A stretch of 64,000 nucleotides of DNA from a virus, in IMG/VR virus record IMGVR_UViG_3300027806_000039, positions 1-64,000 of that record. The stretch is one strand, 5' to 3'. This document shows, piece after piece, positions 37,485 through 47,401 of this stretch. The notes under the pieces are model-generated. The model was not told where the DNA came from and searched no databases. It saw only the letters and a program-made list of their open reading frames with translations. Every line of letters begins with the position of its first letter. The first letter of the stretch is position 1. Position numbers and translations under genes: made by a program.

Positions 37485-37835
37485 TCAGCCGCCCTTGGCT
37501 TTGCGGGCGGGTCGGGCTGACTTTGCAGCCCGCTTGGCTGGCCTCTTGGGATCGGCCGTGGCGTCGTCGTCCTGCCCGCTGCGGTCCCGGCCACGCGGGA
37601 ATCCCACGCCGGCAGGCCGCGCCGCCTCCTCTTCGAGGAACTTTGCCACGCTCTTCCTCTGGATCATCCAGCCGTGGCCCGGAATGAGCGTGCCAGCCAG
37701 CCGCTTGCCCTGCGGACGGGGCTTTTCTTCGTCATAAGCCAACCGCGTGACGGTACTCGGGGCGCGAGCCCCGATTTCCTCCATCACCTGCCGAACGGTC
37801 ATGTAGCCCGCGAACGGGTTCGCCATTGCAATCAT
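37485..37835 (-). CDS. Putative repressor / HTH DNA-binding protein
   Basis: YMTVRQVMEEIG..APSTV, AT-hook-like GFPRG; divergent from the integrase. Confidence 0.55.
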   Translation of the reverse strand: MIAMANPFAGYMTVRQVMEEIGARAPSTVTRLAYDEEKPRPQGKRLAGTLIPGHGWMIQRKSVAKFLEEEAARPAGVGFPRGRDRSGQDDDATADPKRPAKRAAKSARPARKAKGG

Positions 37836-37870
37836 GCCCCAATCATATCGTCGGATCAGTGCAGATCAAA
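37833..37870 (-). promoter_or_regulatory. Promoter/operator copy 2 (leaderless)
   Basis: TTTGAT-N17-TATGAT-TGGGGC-ATG. Confidence 0.65.
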
Positions 37871-38063
37871 CCGCCGTGGTGAGTCATGGTCGGCTTGGTC
37901 GGCAGCCGACCACGACAGACCACACCCGCGACTTTCAATCCTCCCCTTTGCCTCCGGCGAGCCGATCCGCGTAGGATCGACTGCCGGGGCAAAGTTTCAA
38001 CGGAGAGGGCTCCGATGAAGTTTTGTACACCTCGGTAGACTAGGGGCCAAAAGGAGGTGTGCG

Positions 38064-38975
38064 ATGACGATGCGAGAGTTGCTTGAGCGGTACGCATTGC
38101 TGATGAACCTGTCGGATCGGTCGGTGACGCTGTACGGTCACACCATCGACAAGATGCAGGAGTTCCTCGGGCGTGAGCCACTGGTCGCGGATCTCGAAGA
38201 CGTGACCGTGTCCAAGTTCCTGAAGTGGCGGGGCACGAACGTGGCTCGCGGGCGGCTCGTGAGCCCGCACACAGTCGCCAAAGACCGCAGCCAGTTGCTC
38301 GCGATCTGGAACTGGGCCTGCAAAAAGAAGCTGCACCCAGGCGAGTGGCCCGGGCTGCCGCGACAGAAGAAAGTCAAAAGGACTCCGACCGCCTACACCT
38401 TGGACGAAATGAGCCGTCTAGTGCGTGCCGCCAAGGCCCGACGCGGCAGAATGTCTGGCCTGCCGGCGGCGTGGTGGTGGGGGACGATTCTCCAAGCCGC
38501 ATGGCAGACCGGCGAGCGGATCGGTGCCCTGCTCGATCTGCGGTGGCGGGAGGTCGATACGGCACGGTGCAGGCTCGTGTTCCTCGCCGAAACCCGGAAA
38601 GGGCGCGAGCGGGATCTGGTCTCGCCCATCACGCCCGAGCTTGCCGCCGAACTGGAGTCACGTAGGGGCTCACCTGAAGCCCTGGTGTGGCCCAGGACGG
38701 GCCATCCGCTCTCGCACTACGCAAGCATGCGGCTGCTCTGCAAAACCGCAGGCGTGCCCTCCAGGGCGTTCCACGCGATCCGCAAGGCGTCAGCCTCCTA
38801 CGTGGCGGCTGCCGGCGGTGATGCCACTGCTCACCTGGGGCACGCCGACCCGGCGATGACGAGGGGGCACTATCTCGATCCCCGGATCACCGAGACAAAG
38901 CGGGGGCTGGATTTCCTGCCGCCGCTGAATCTCTCCGACCCGCCAGCCGAAGGCGGCGACCGACCGGCGGCATAA
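38064..38975 (+). CDS. int: Phage integrase (tyrosine recombinase)
   Basis: AAGGAGG RBS; TGERIG, K, FHAIRK, HLGH, HY catalytic set; the only substantial plus-strand gene. Confidence 0.9.
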   Translation: MTMRELLERYALLMNLSDRSVTLYGHTIDKMQEFLGREPLVADLEDVTVSKFLKWRGTNVARGRLVSPHTVAKDRSQLLAIWNWACKKKLHPGEWPGLPRQKKVKRTPTAYTLDEMSRLVRAAKARRGRMSGLPAAWWWGTILQAAWQTGERIGALLDLRWREVDTARCRLVFLAETRKGRERDLVSPITPELAAELESRRGSPEALVWPRTGHPLSHYASMRLLCKTAGVPSRAFHAIRKASASYVAAAGGDATAHLGHADPAMTRGHYLDPRITETKRGLDFLPPLNLSDPPAEGGDRPAA

Positions 38976-39045
38976 GCCGGGCACGGCCGGGAGATGTTGA
39001 GGAAAGGGAGGGAAACTCAACACCATCGACCGACCGGCCCGGCTC
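38974..39045. terminator. Long hairpin between convergent genes
   Basis: GCCGGGC...GCCCGGC outer stem with TGTTGAG/CTCAACA inner stem. Confidence 0.4.
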
Positions 39046-39271
39046 AGTCTCCGCGAATCAGCGACAGGTCGGGCCGCTCATCCCGCTGTGCAATCGTCAC
39101 CGCCAACTTGCCCTTCACCCGCGACAACTCGAACAGCAGCCGCATGACGTGGGCCGCGAGTACGCCGCTCGTGCCCTGGTCCCAGCAGCCGCTGAACTTG
39201 CGGGCGTCGAACTCGCACTGCTGGAGATAGGCGTCGCTCAGCGGCTCGCGTGGCGTGTCGGGGTGGCTCAC
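39044..39271 (-). CDS. Hypothetical protein
   Basis: GTG start overlapping the upstream stop. Confidence 0.5.
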   Translation of the reverse strand: MSHPDTPREPLSDAYLQQCEFDARKFSGCWDQGTSGVLAAHVMRLLFELSRVKGKLAVTIAQRDERPDLSLIRGD

Positions 39272-39387
39272 TTCGTCGCCTCCATGTATGCCGCCCATGC
39301 AGCTAGTTCGGCTGGCGTCAGACTGTCACGCAACGCGGCTGGCGTTGTGCCAAGCAAGGTGGCGAGGCGGAAGACGAAGCGGCTCAT
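39268..39387 (-). CDS. 39-aa mini-protein resembling the tail chaperone GT domain
   Basis: RFVFRLATLLGTT...ELAAWAAY versus QFLFRLAGHLGMT...ELAEWMAF at 47401-47700. Confidence 0.5.
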   Translation of the reverse strand: MSRFVFRLATLLGTTPAALRDSLTPAELAAWAAYMEATK

Positions 39388-39890
39388 TCGCCACGCTCCT
39401 CGCGGTGCAGTAGCAGAGCGAGCAGCGAGTAGCTGGCGAGGTCGAACAGGTTGTCCTCCAGGCTCTCGTTCTCCAGCCGCCCGGTCGCGTTGTACGCGGC
39501 AAGCCTCGTCACCTTGTCGCTCAGCCGCACCATCGCCCCCTTCCACGATGGGATGCCCACGAACCGCGCCCCGTTGCGGATGTTTGCCAGCGGGTCTTCG
39601 CCGCTCGGGCAGCCATAGTCTCGACTCTTTTTTCGGTGCATTTCCTTCAAGGCATCGCACAGATCAAAGAACGCCTGGCTCGTCGGGTGAACTTCGCTCT
39701 TCAACAGCGAGTCGCCACGCTGCTGCTGGTCGTACGTCCTCGTCCACCCAGGCACCTCGGTCGGCTCTGGGTCGCCCTGGTCGATCTTGTAGCCCACGAG
39801 CTTCGGGTCGTTCGGATCGGTCGCTGCCATGCGGGCAGCGACGGCGTCGCGTAGCGTTGAGTTGGCAGCGTCGAGGAGTGCAGCAGTCAC
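39384..39890 (-). CDS. Nucleotide modification-associated domain (DUF1599-like) protein
   Basis: KKSRDYG...DPLAN...VRLSDKVTRL...ESLEDNLFDLASY. Confidence 0.75.
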   Translation of the reverse strand: MTAALLDAANSTLRDAVAARMAATDPNDPKLVGYKIDQGDPEPTEVPGWTRTYDQQQRGDSLLKSEVHPTSQAFFDLCDALKEMHRKKSRDYGCPSGEDPLANIRNGARFVGIPSWKGAMVRLSDKVTRLAAYNATGRLENESLEDNLFDLASYSLLALLLHREERGE

Positions 39891-40957
39891 TTGGATTCCT
39901 TTCGCAAATCACGGTCGCAGAACAATGGGTACGCTTTCGTCACCTCTCGCCGCCCGTGGTCGATCACGATGGCGGCCTGGCACGGCGGCTCATAGGTGGC
40001 TTTGATTCGCACAGCGTACGCCGAGTGTCCAATCACACTGCCGTTCGATACGTAGCGGCCACCTCGCCCCCACGAGAACTGGTGCCAGTGGCCGAGGCAT
40101 GTGAGGTCAGCTGGCGTGGTCGTGTTCCATGCCGCGATGGCCTTGGCGAGCGGCACATGGATGCCGCCGATGCCGCCTTGGTATCGGATCGCATGCCCGT
40201 GGCAGAAACGAACAGTGAACCCATCAAGGTCGAGATAGTTGAGATGCCCTTCGCCAATCTGCCATCTCACGTTTGGCTTCGTCTCGGCGGCCCGCATCGT
40301 CAGATAGAGGTGATGTTCGTAGCTGGTATCGGCTTCGTTCGTCCGCAGCTTTTCAGTCGTTCGCCCGTGGTTCCCGCACGAGGTAGCCACCACCACCTCG
40401 CGGGCGTTGTCAGCCACCGCATCTAGGAAGCCACGCAGCCGTTCGCCCACCCAGCGAATCGCCGCGAGCGGGTGCAGGCTGTTCTCTTCGGCGAGTTCAG
40501 GATGGATCATGCCGCTGATAAGGTCGCCGCCCATCCACACCACCACGCGGTCGATGTCGCACAGCGTCCGCTCGTGAGCGAGCATGGTAAAGAATCGTTC
40601 CTGTAGTTCGGTCAGCCTGGACTCGCACACATCGAGGTCGTAGGCGTTCAGCCCGTTGACCGTCTCGGGCCGCACCGTTTCCTCGCAGTGAATGTCAGAT
40701 AGCAGTACGACCATTGTGGCCGCGTGCTTCTTCGCCTTGGCAGTTTTGGTCAAGGCCCGCTTCGCCGGCTTGATCCCCTGGAGCGAGACAAGGGCATCCG
40801 CCCGCTCGCGTTCCTTGTCGATCTGGGCCAACGCCGCCTTATACCTATTTCGGTATGACGCCAACTCCGCACGCAGCCTCGCCAGTTCGGCGTCGGCAGC
40901 CAACTGCGTCGCGTCAGCCACGGCAGCGTCGATCTCTGTCAGTTGCTTGCGAGCCAT
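39887..40957 (-). CDS. Calcineurin-like metallophosphoesterase
   Basis: SDIH, GGDLISG.IH, GNHGR, HGH, GHWH, NGS motifs. Confidence 0.85.
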   Translation of the reverse strand: MARKQLTEIDAAVADATQLAADAELARLRAELASYRNRYKAALAQIDKERERADALVSLQGIKPAKRALTKTAKAKKHAATMVVLLSDIHCEETVRPETVNGLNAYDLDVCESRLTELQERFFTMLAHERTLCDIDRVVVWMGGDLISGMIHPELAEENSLHPLAAIRWVGERLRGFLDAVADNAREVVVATSCGNHGRTTEKLRTNEADTSYEHHLYLTMRAAETKPNVRWQIGEGHLNYLDLDGFTVRFCHGHAIRYQGGIGGIHVPLAKAIAAWNTTTPADLTCLGHWHQFSWGRGGRYVSNGSVIGHSAYAVRIKATYEPPCQAAIVIDHGRREVTKAYPLFCDRDLRKESK

Positions 40958-41196
40958 TCGGACATCCTCTTGGTGTCACAGACCTTCCACCCGTGCTTCG
41001 TCGCGTGATCGACCAACACCCGAGCGAGTGCGTACCGCGCGATTTCGTACCCGCCCGCATGGAACTTGTCCCTCGCCGCCACCAGCAGCTGCTGTGCGTC
41101 GCTTGGCAGACAGTCGAACCACGTCTTTCGACGCGCCGCCTCGGCGGTCACAGCCACTGCGGAGTCGATCTCGTCAAGCAGAGTTGCCTTTCCCAT
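40939..41196 (-). CDS. Small hypothetical protein
   Basis: AAGGAG RBS; analog of 4387-4635. Confidence 0.55.
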   Translation of the reverse strand: MGKATLLDEIDSAVAVTAEAARRKTWFDCLPSDAQQLLVAARDKFHAGGYEIARYALARVLVDHATKHGWKVCDTKRMSEWLASN

Positions 41197-41198
41197 CG

Positions 41199-41495
41199 CT
41201 ACTCCTTTCGTCGCCATCCCAATCCCCATAGCAGACGAGCCAGATCCCGAGCGTGCTGGGATACCACCGACTCGTCATAGGACGGGTTCAGCGCGTGATA
41301 CGCCTCGTGAATGAGCAGTTCGAGGGCGGCCCGGTTCGCTTTGCGGTACGTGCCCTCGTCAATCAGAATCCGCTCGTTGACGTTCGGATTCTTCTCGTCC
41401 GCGAGGAACGTCCAGCCGATAGCCGAACCGCGCAGCCGCGTGAAGCGGATCAACCAGCGTTTCCCGGCGAGCGTGTAGGCGTGATCCTCTGGCAC
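41199..41495 (-). CDS. HExxH metallopeptidase-like small protein
   Basis: LLIHEAYHA...DE. Confidence 0.6.
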   Translation of the reverse strand: MPEDHAYTLAGKRWLIRFTRLRGSAIGWTFLADEKNPNVNERILIDEGTYRKANRAALELLIHEAYHALNPSYDESVVSQHARDLARLLWGLGWRRKE

Positions 41496-41531
41496 GGGCG
41501 TTCCCTTTCGCCCGTCACCGTACGCGGGGTG

Positions 41532-41993
41532 TCAACTCTGGGGCGTCTCTTTGCCCCACTTCCCGACCGGGCACTCGCTGTCGGCCCAAGAGAGCTTGCT
41601 GACGTACTGCTTCGCCCTGACGATGGGGCATCCGCACTTGGTGCAAGCCCCGTCCTTCATGAACTCGCAGCCCATACAGATGTCATGGCGGCGAAGAATC
41701 TCGGCGTCGCTTGCCATCGGCATCCCAGCGGCTACGTGCTGGGCAGCGGCCTTGGTGAAGTTTTTGATCTTCTGGAGAAACGAAGGGGCGTCAGTGCGGG
41801 TGAGGTCAGGGGGCGGTTCAGCGGGCTTCGGCGGCGTGAACCCCGGCTTCGGCGCACGCGGATACGCCGGGTGGTCAACGTCTACGGTGATCTGGTCGCC
41901 TTCTTCGCTGACGATGCATGGGCGCACTTCGTCTAGTGTGTAGCCGCGCTGTGAGCACCGCTGGAGAAGGTATTTTTTTGTTGTGGCGATCAT
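41532..41993 (-). CDS. Cys-motif hypothetical protein
   Basis: RHDICMGC...CTKCGC...K.....ECPVGKW. Confidence 0.65.
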   Translation of the reverse strand: MIATTKKYLLQRCSQRGYTLDEVRPCIVSEEGDQITVDVDHPAYPRAPKPGFTPPKPAEPPPDLTRTDAPSFLQKIKNFTKAAAQHVAAGMPMASDAEILRRHDICMGCEFMKDGACTKCGCPIVRAKQYVSKLSWADSECPVGKWGKETPQS

Positions 41994-42838
41994 GGAAGAG
42001 GATTGTTGTAGCCGCAAGGATCATCCTCGCACGATGTCGCTCCGTAGACAAAAACAGCCCAAGGCTCAGTGCAAAGAGCAGTTAGCTCGTCAATCGGCCC
42101 ACTAACACCTGTGTAACGGCTTATGTTATCCCAACATTGCTGAGGGTTCGGTGCGGGCCAGCACACAACGCCAAAAACGTCTGTTCGCCCGCAAAAGTGA
42201 TGGTAAGGCGGGCCGCTATTGTTTTCGGCGTTGGCTGAGTTGCAGCAAGGGATTCCGTCTGGGCACTGAAACGACACGACCTCTTGCCCATTGCCATATC
42301 TGCATGGCTCCTGCACATCGCACGTACCGATTGGATATGTAACCCATTGCCCGCAATTTCCGGTGCTAGTGCATCCCTCGGAATAGCAATATCCGTTGCA
42401 CTGGCCGCAAGATGATGGGTATGTAGTACGGTAACAGCCACCCCAGCCATCAGACTGCCATCCTTCTGGACATGACTGCCCTTCTTCTACGTACATGTAC
42501 TCATCGCACTGAGTGTATTCACATTCCGTAACGCACTCTTCGCACTCCGCTTCGGTTGTGATCGTATGATCGACGGCACCACTCCTTACACACTCGCCGC
42601 CGTATGACGTTGGCGACGACGTATTGCAACCGCACCCAAGCACGCATTTGTTGTACTTGTCGCAAGGGCCGGAACATGGAGGCGAGACGCACTGCCCATT
42701 CACGCACACGCACGGCGGCTGGCACTCCGTTCCGGTCGGGCAAGTCGCTGGATTGCACTGCCCGCAGCAACACCCCGACCCGCTGGCGAGTGCGCCGTTT
42801 TGCAGCAACAACTTCCCGCCCTGGTTGATAAGACCCAT
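41990..42838 (-). CDS. Extremely Cys-rich tail-tip/fibre protein
   Basis: About 37 Cys in 282 aa; tail fibre position; lower GC. Confidence 0.6.
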   Translation of the reverse strand: MGLINQGGKLLLQNGALASGSGCCCGQCNPATCPTGTECQPPCVCVNGQCVSPPCSGPCDKYNKCVLGCGCNTSSPTSYGGECVRSGAVDHTITTEAECEECVTECEYTQCDEYMYVEEGQSCPEGWQSDGWGGCYRTTYPSSCGQCNGYCYSEGCTSTGNCGQWVTYPIGTCDVQEPCRYGNGQEVVSFQCPDGIPCCNSANAENNSGPPYHHFCGRTDVFGVVCWPAPNPQQCWDNISRYTGVSGPIDELTALCTEPWAVFVYGATSCEDDPCGYNNPLP

Positions 42839-43287
42839 TACGAAGCCGCCGTTGAGCAAGTCGTAACCGAGATAGCCACAGTGGACGCCGTGCCCAGCGA
42901 CGGCACGTTGATGCGGGCGAACTCAAGCGACGCAGTACCAAGAGTAGCGCCGCTGAGAGCCGTGGACGCATCCCACTGCCACTGGATCAAGTGCCATGCG
43001 GTGCCGTCCTTTGCGATGGCACAGTTACGCTGCCCGTTATCTGGCAGGCTCAGGAAGAGGTTTACTGCCAGCAGTGTCGCTGTTGATCCGCGCAGCGTTA
43101 CCGTGTTCGTTTGATCCGCAGGCCAACTGCCCGTGTAGGTGCCAAGGCGGATCGCTTTCCTTCCGACATCATTTAGCACTGCCCCAAACGTTAGCGGCCT
43201 TGCCCGCCTCGGCTCCTGCTCCACCGCACGCACGACGCGGGCTATCCGCACCGCACTCGGAAAGTCAAACTGCGTGAGGTCAGCCAT
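42838..43287 (-). CDS. Minor tail protein
   Basis: Position; RIARVVR.VE and KDGTAW.L. Confidence 0.55.
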   Translation of the reverse strand: MADLTQFDFPSAVRIARVVRAVEQEPRRARPLTFGAVLNDVGRKAIRLGTYTGSWPADQTNTVTLRGSTATLLAVNLFLSLPDNGQRNCAIAKDGTAWHLIQWQWDASTALSGATLGTASLEFARINVPSLGTASTVAISVTTCSTAAS

Positions 43288-43291
43288 GAGA

Positions 43292-44173
43292 CTAGATCGC
43301 TGGCGGTGTCACGGGCGGCGTGCCGAACAGTGAGGCAAAGTTCGCCTCGGGGTTCACGCGGCGGTTCAGGATCGCAGGAACGCCAAGCGTGAGCCCGCCG
43401 CTGCCATCGAGCCCCACCGGATTCGGGCTGGCGATCCACTCTGAGTTCTCGAAGTCGAACACCATCGCTCGCCGCTTCTGCCCGCCGCCGATGAAGTTCC
43501 AGCCGATGTCGGGCAACTGAAGATTGTGTCCGCTCTGCCGGTAGTGCAGTTCCGCCGTCGCCTGCCAGTAGCTCACAAGATTTGCGCCGAACTGCTCCCG
43601 CGTGGTCGCCACTTTCACCTTCTGAACCTTGATCGCGTGAGCCGGGCAGCCGAGGTACGTGGCGTTATTCACGCAGTTTTGCGCGGCGTACCACGACGAC
43701 GGGAACTGAGCGAAGTTCTTTGACACCGTTGCGACCACCGTCGATTCTTGCGTCACGAGCCCAGGAAAGTAGTCGTACGCGCTATTGGTCAGCGGTCGCA
43801 GCGTCGTGCCATCATAGTAGGTGAGCGCCGGGACTTCGCCGGGCTGCGAGTCAAAGTCCCACACAGGCGAGCGATTCACTGGCGTCACGAGTTCGTCGGC
43901 CGTCACCACGCCGTACTCGAACAGCACATGCGTGTGATACGGCGAGCCGTCAAAGCCCTCCGTGAGCTTCATGCTTCGCACGCGATGGTCGGTGTACGTC
44001 GGGTGCGATGATCCCAGGTCGATGCCCAGGTGCGTAAAAATCTCGTTCTCGGCGGTCGGTGCAGTGATCGTGTCGTCAGACAAGATGCACACGAACTCCC
44101 GCGTGAGCTTGCGGGGCTGGCCGATTGCGTACTCGGCCTTGCGCGGCAGTTCTTTGGATGACACGACGCCCAT
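43292..44173 (-). CDS. Putative distal tail/baseplate protein
   Basis: Directly after tape measure; NSA.D and PVGLDGSG. Confidence 0.55.
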   Translation of the reverse strand: MGVVSSKELPRKAEYAIGQPRKLTREFVCILSDDTITAPTAENEIFTHLGIDLGSSHPTYTDHRVRSMKLTEGFDGSPYHTHVLFEYGVVTADELVTPVNRSPVWDFDSQPGEVPALTYYDGTTLRPLTNSAYDYFPGLVTQESTVVATVSKNFAQFPSSWYAAQNCVNNATYLGCPAHAIKVQKVKVATTREQFGANLVSYWQATAELHYRQSGHNLQLPDIGWNFIGGGQKRRAMVFDFENSEWIASPNPVGLDGSGGLTLGVPAILNRRVNPEANFASLFGTPPVTPPAI

Positions 44174-44182
44174 GATTCAGCC

Positions 44183-47100
44183 CTAGAGAATGGTGACCGG
44201 CTGGCCCAGCCGCGTGAGGTCGCGGTCGATGCCTGCCGCGATCCGCTGAAGAAGCTTGTTCGTGAGCCGGGCTTGGATTAGCTGCGGATCCTGGGCATCA
44301 GCCGCCAGACCAAGCACGATGGCGGCCCCTTCCTGCGTGCGAACGTCGGCGGTCTGCACGGTGCGAGAGCCGAGCGTGTTCAAGGCGGTAATCCGCTCGA
44401 CTTGGCGGTTGTATTCAGCCTCGGCGGCCTTCTGCTGCTCCTCAAAAATTTTCTTCTGCTGTTCTTCGGCAGCCTGCCGTTGCTTTTGCTGCGCGTCCTG
44501 AATGGCCTTTTGCTGCTCTAAAAACTTTTCCCGCTGGCCAGCCGCACCACTGGCGATGTCTCGCTCTTTCGCCGCGACCTTGTCAATCTGGGCGATCCGC
44601 TGATTCGCCGCCTTGATGGCTTCCTTGTCGCCAGCATCTTGCGCGGCTTGAAGTTGCTTCTGAACGTTCGCCTTTTCTTCCTCGAGCTTGGCAAGATTCT
44701 CTGCTGCCTTGATCTGCGCTTGCTGCTGCTTGTCCAGCGAGTCGAAGATCATCTGATCGACTTCCTTCTGGACTTCTTCGCGGCGCTTCGCAGCGTCTTC
44801 GATGTTCTTGATTTCCTGCTCAAAAGCCTTCTGCTGCGCGGCAACCTGCTGATCTAGCCCTTCTTTGTTGAGGATGCCGTCCTTTGCTTGCTCCTGGGCC
44901 TGAGCAACGCCTTCTTGCAGGCGAGCAAACGCCTCTGCGCCGGCGTTGCCGAACTCAGCAGCCTGTGCCGCAGCGTCGTTCAGGCCGGAGTTGATTGCCT
45001 CAAAGGCGGGGCCAAAGCCGGCTTCTCCAAAGCCTTGCTCGGCAGCCTGAAGGTTCTCTTCCAGTTGTGCCTGCACTTGGTCAAGTTGCGTGACGCGGGC
45101 CGCAGCCGCATTTGCGGCATCGGCGTTGCCAGCATCACGAGCGGCAGCCTGTGCCTCTTCGGCACGCTGGATTTCACGAGTGACCGCGTCAAGGTCTTCC
45201 TGAATCTTGCCGGCTGCGTCATTGGTCTGGAGAAGACCTTCAATTCGTTTCTGGTCGGCTTCTGCTTGCTTCGCAGCGGCGTCAGCCGCTTCCTGACGCT
45301 TGGCAATCTCTTCGTCAAGCTTCTGGTTCAGTTGATCCATGAAGCCGTTCATGATCTGTATCTGCACCGGCAGCAGCTCGCCTTGCTTGACTTGTTCCTT
45401 GAAGATGTCGAGCGTCTCCATCGACTTCTTGAGCGTCTCGTCAGCACCGTCGCCGGCCGACTTGAAATACGCTTCAAGGCGTTGCTGTGACTCGTCCAGG
45501 TTTGTGGCTACCTTTACTTCTGGCAGCCGAGATCGCTCAATTTCTTCCTTGAGTCCACGCAGGTAATTTTGCGCTGCGCCTTGCCCCCGCTGCTCGGCGT
45601 TTGCAGTCCCACCGCCGAACGCAGCATTAAACGCATCGGCGGCATTTTTAGCCGCGCTTTGGGCTTCGATTTCGTTTTGGCGAATGGACTCCCTTGCCGA
45701 CGCGGCAATGGTCATCCCTGCCTGCTCCAGATCGTCGCTGACCCACGAACCAATTCCTTCAAGAAATTTTCCGAGTCCGAGCATCAGCGCATTTCCGATG
45801 CTCTCAAAAACATTGAATACAACGCGCAAAGTCTCCGCAACGCCAGCAATTAGGTTGCCAACAACTGAAAACACTTCGCCGGTGTACTCAAGAGAAACGT
45901 TGAACCCGTCAAAGGATGCAACGAACTTATCAAAGATGCCGGCAAAGTAATCGGCACCACGCAGCAGAGTGTCGGTTATCGCGTTGGCGATTCCACTGCC
46001 GCCCGTGCCTTGCGCGCCAGTTCCCTCAAACGTTTTTACAAACTCAAGAAACTGCTTCGTCACATCTGTGACCGCTGGGGCCAAGTTCCCAAGAACTTGC
46101 CCGACAATGCCCTGCACGGTTGCGAGAACCTTGTCAAAGCCGTCGTTCATCTTGGCTACGTTGTCGATCTGCGTTTGGCTGACAATGATGCCGAGCCGCT
46201 GGGCCTCTTGCTTCAACTCTTCAATGCTCGCTGAACCATCGCGAAACAGCGGAGCGAGTGCCGCGCCCTGCTTACCAAAAATCTCAACTGCGGCAGCGGC
46301 TCGGTCGGCGGCTGTCGGGAGTTGCGAGATGGCATCGCCAATCTCTGAGAACTGTTGCTCTGGCGACAACGCACGCAATTCGGCAACCGAAAGATTGATC
46401 TGACGCAGCGATTTGTCGAGATTGTCTCCGGGTGTCGCCTTGCCAATGTTTACGGCAAGCTTCTGCACAGCCGTTCCGAAAGCTTCGGTGTCAACGCCAG
46501 CGAGTTTGGCTGCGAGCGAGTAGCCTTGGAGGGCTTCGACGCCAATGCCAGTGCGGGCAGAGAAGTCGTTCAGCGTGTCGAGAGAGGAATTGACACTGGT
46601 GACGAGCGAAGCAATGTCGCCGCCGACGCGAGACACCGCATTGCTGATGAGTTGGATTCCATCGACAATCACGCGGCCAATCTCAATGGCGGCAATTACC
46701 TTTAGGCTGCGGCCCAGCTGAGAGATTCCAGCGTCTGCCTTGCCGGCTTCATTTCCGACTGCGTTTAAGTCTGACCGTGCCTTGTCGGCAGCACGGTTGA
46801 ACTGCTCCTGTGAGAGCCGGCCGGCATTGAGATGCTGGGCCAACTCTTGCATCTGCTGGTCGTACTTCTCCTGCGGCGTCAGGTTCGCCTGAATGATGCG
46901 GGATGCAGCGGCGGCAGCGTCGGCACGCTCACGCTCGGCACGGGCTGCTTCGGCGTTAGCGCCGCTCGCCTCTGCCGCAGCCCGGTTGTAGGTCTGCTGG
47001 TCGATGGCCCCGAGGTCAAGAAGCCGCGATAGCTTCTCCAGTTCAGCCGCCCTCCGCTCCTCTGCCGTGCGGTTCTGCTCCGTGATCCGCAGCCCGTCCT

Positions 47101-47401
47101 CGAACGCTGCGGCCGTGTCTTTGACTCCCTGCTCCAGGGCGGCGAACTGGCGAGCGTAGTCCTCAGCGTTCAGCCCATTAGCAAGCGCCTGCGCCAGCTT
47201 CTCAAAGTCGCCAGCCGCCTTGGCCTGCGCCGCAGCCGCCGCAGCCGACCCGCTCGCCAGCTTGTCGAGAACGCTGGTTGCCTTGTCGGCTTCCTTGCCG
47301 AGATTCGCCAGTGCACGCTCTACAGGCGTGAGTTGCTTGGGGACGGACGAACCATCCGCCGTCACCTTCATCGCCAGCGACAAGACCTTGGCGTTTGCCA
47401 T
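44183..47401 (-). CDS. Tail tape measure protein
   Basis: 1072 aa Ala/Gln-rich coiled coil following the chaperones. Confidence 0.9.
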   Translation of the reverse strand: MANAKVLSLAMKVTADGSSVPKQLTPVERALANLGKEADKATSVLDKLASGSAAAAAAQAKAAGDFEKLAQALANGLNAEDYARQFAALEQGVKDTAAAFEDGLRITEQNRTAEERRAAELEKLSRLLDLGAIDQQTYNRAAAEASGANAEAARAERERADAAAAASRIIQANLTPQEKYDQQMQELAQHLNAGRLSQEQFNRAADKARSDLNAVGNEAGKADAGISQLGRSLKVIAAIEIGRVIVDGIQLISNAVSRVGGDIASLVTSVNSSLDTLNDFSARTGIGVEALQGYSLAAKLAGVDTEAFGTAVQKLAVNIGKATPGDNLDKSLRQINLSVAELRALSPEQQFSEIGDAISQLPTAADRAAAAVEIFGKQGAALAPLFRDGSASIEELKQEAQRLGIIVSQTQIDNVAKMNDGFDKVLATVQGIVGQVLGNLAPAVTDVTKQFLEFVKTFEGTGAQGTGGSGIANAITDTLLRGADYFAGIFDKFVASFDGFNVSLEYTGEVFSVVGNLIAGVAETLRVVFNVFESIGNALMLGLGKFLEGIGSWVSDDLEQAGMTIAASARESIRQNEIEAQSAAKNAADAFNAAFGGGTANAEQRGQGAAQNYLRGLKEEIERSRLPEVKVATNLDESQQRLEAYFKSAGDGADETLKKSMETLDIFKEQVKQGELLPVQIQIMNGFMDQLNQKLDEEIAKRQEAADAAAKQAEADQKRIEGLLQTNDAAGKIQEDLDAVTREIQRAEEAQAAARDAGNADAANAAAARVTQLDQVQAQLEENLQAAEQGFGEAGFGPAFEAINSGLNDAAAQAAEFGNAGAEAFARLQEGVAQAQEQAKDGILNKEGLDQQVAAQQKAFEQEIKNIEDAAKRREEVQKEVDQMIFDSLDKQQQAQIKAAENLAKLEEEKANVQKQLQAAQDAGDKEAIKAANQRIAQIDKVAAKERDIASGAAGQREKFLEQQKAIQDAQQKQRQAAEEQQKKIFEEQQKAAEAEYNRQVERITALNTLGSRTVQTADVRTQEGAAIVLGLAADAQDPQLIQARLTNKLLQRIAAGIDRDLTRLGQPVTIL

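Noticed and set aside
37990-38015. CGGAGAGGG upstream of the integrase as a tRNA-derived attP
   Set aside because: Resembles a tRNA acceptor-stem end, but no T-loop (GTTCGA) is visible and the match is too short to support
38064-38975. Integrase as an integron IntI
   Set aside because: No visible IntI-specific insertion before HxxR, typical prophage integrase context, and far from the attC-like sites
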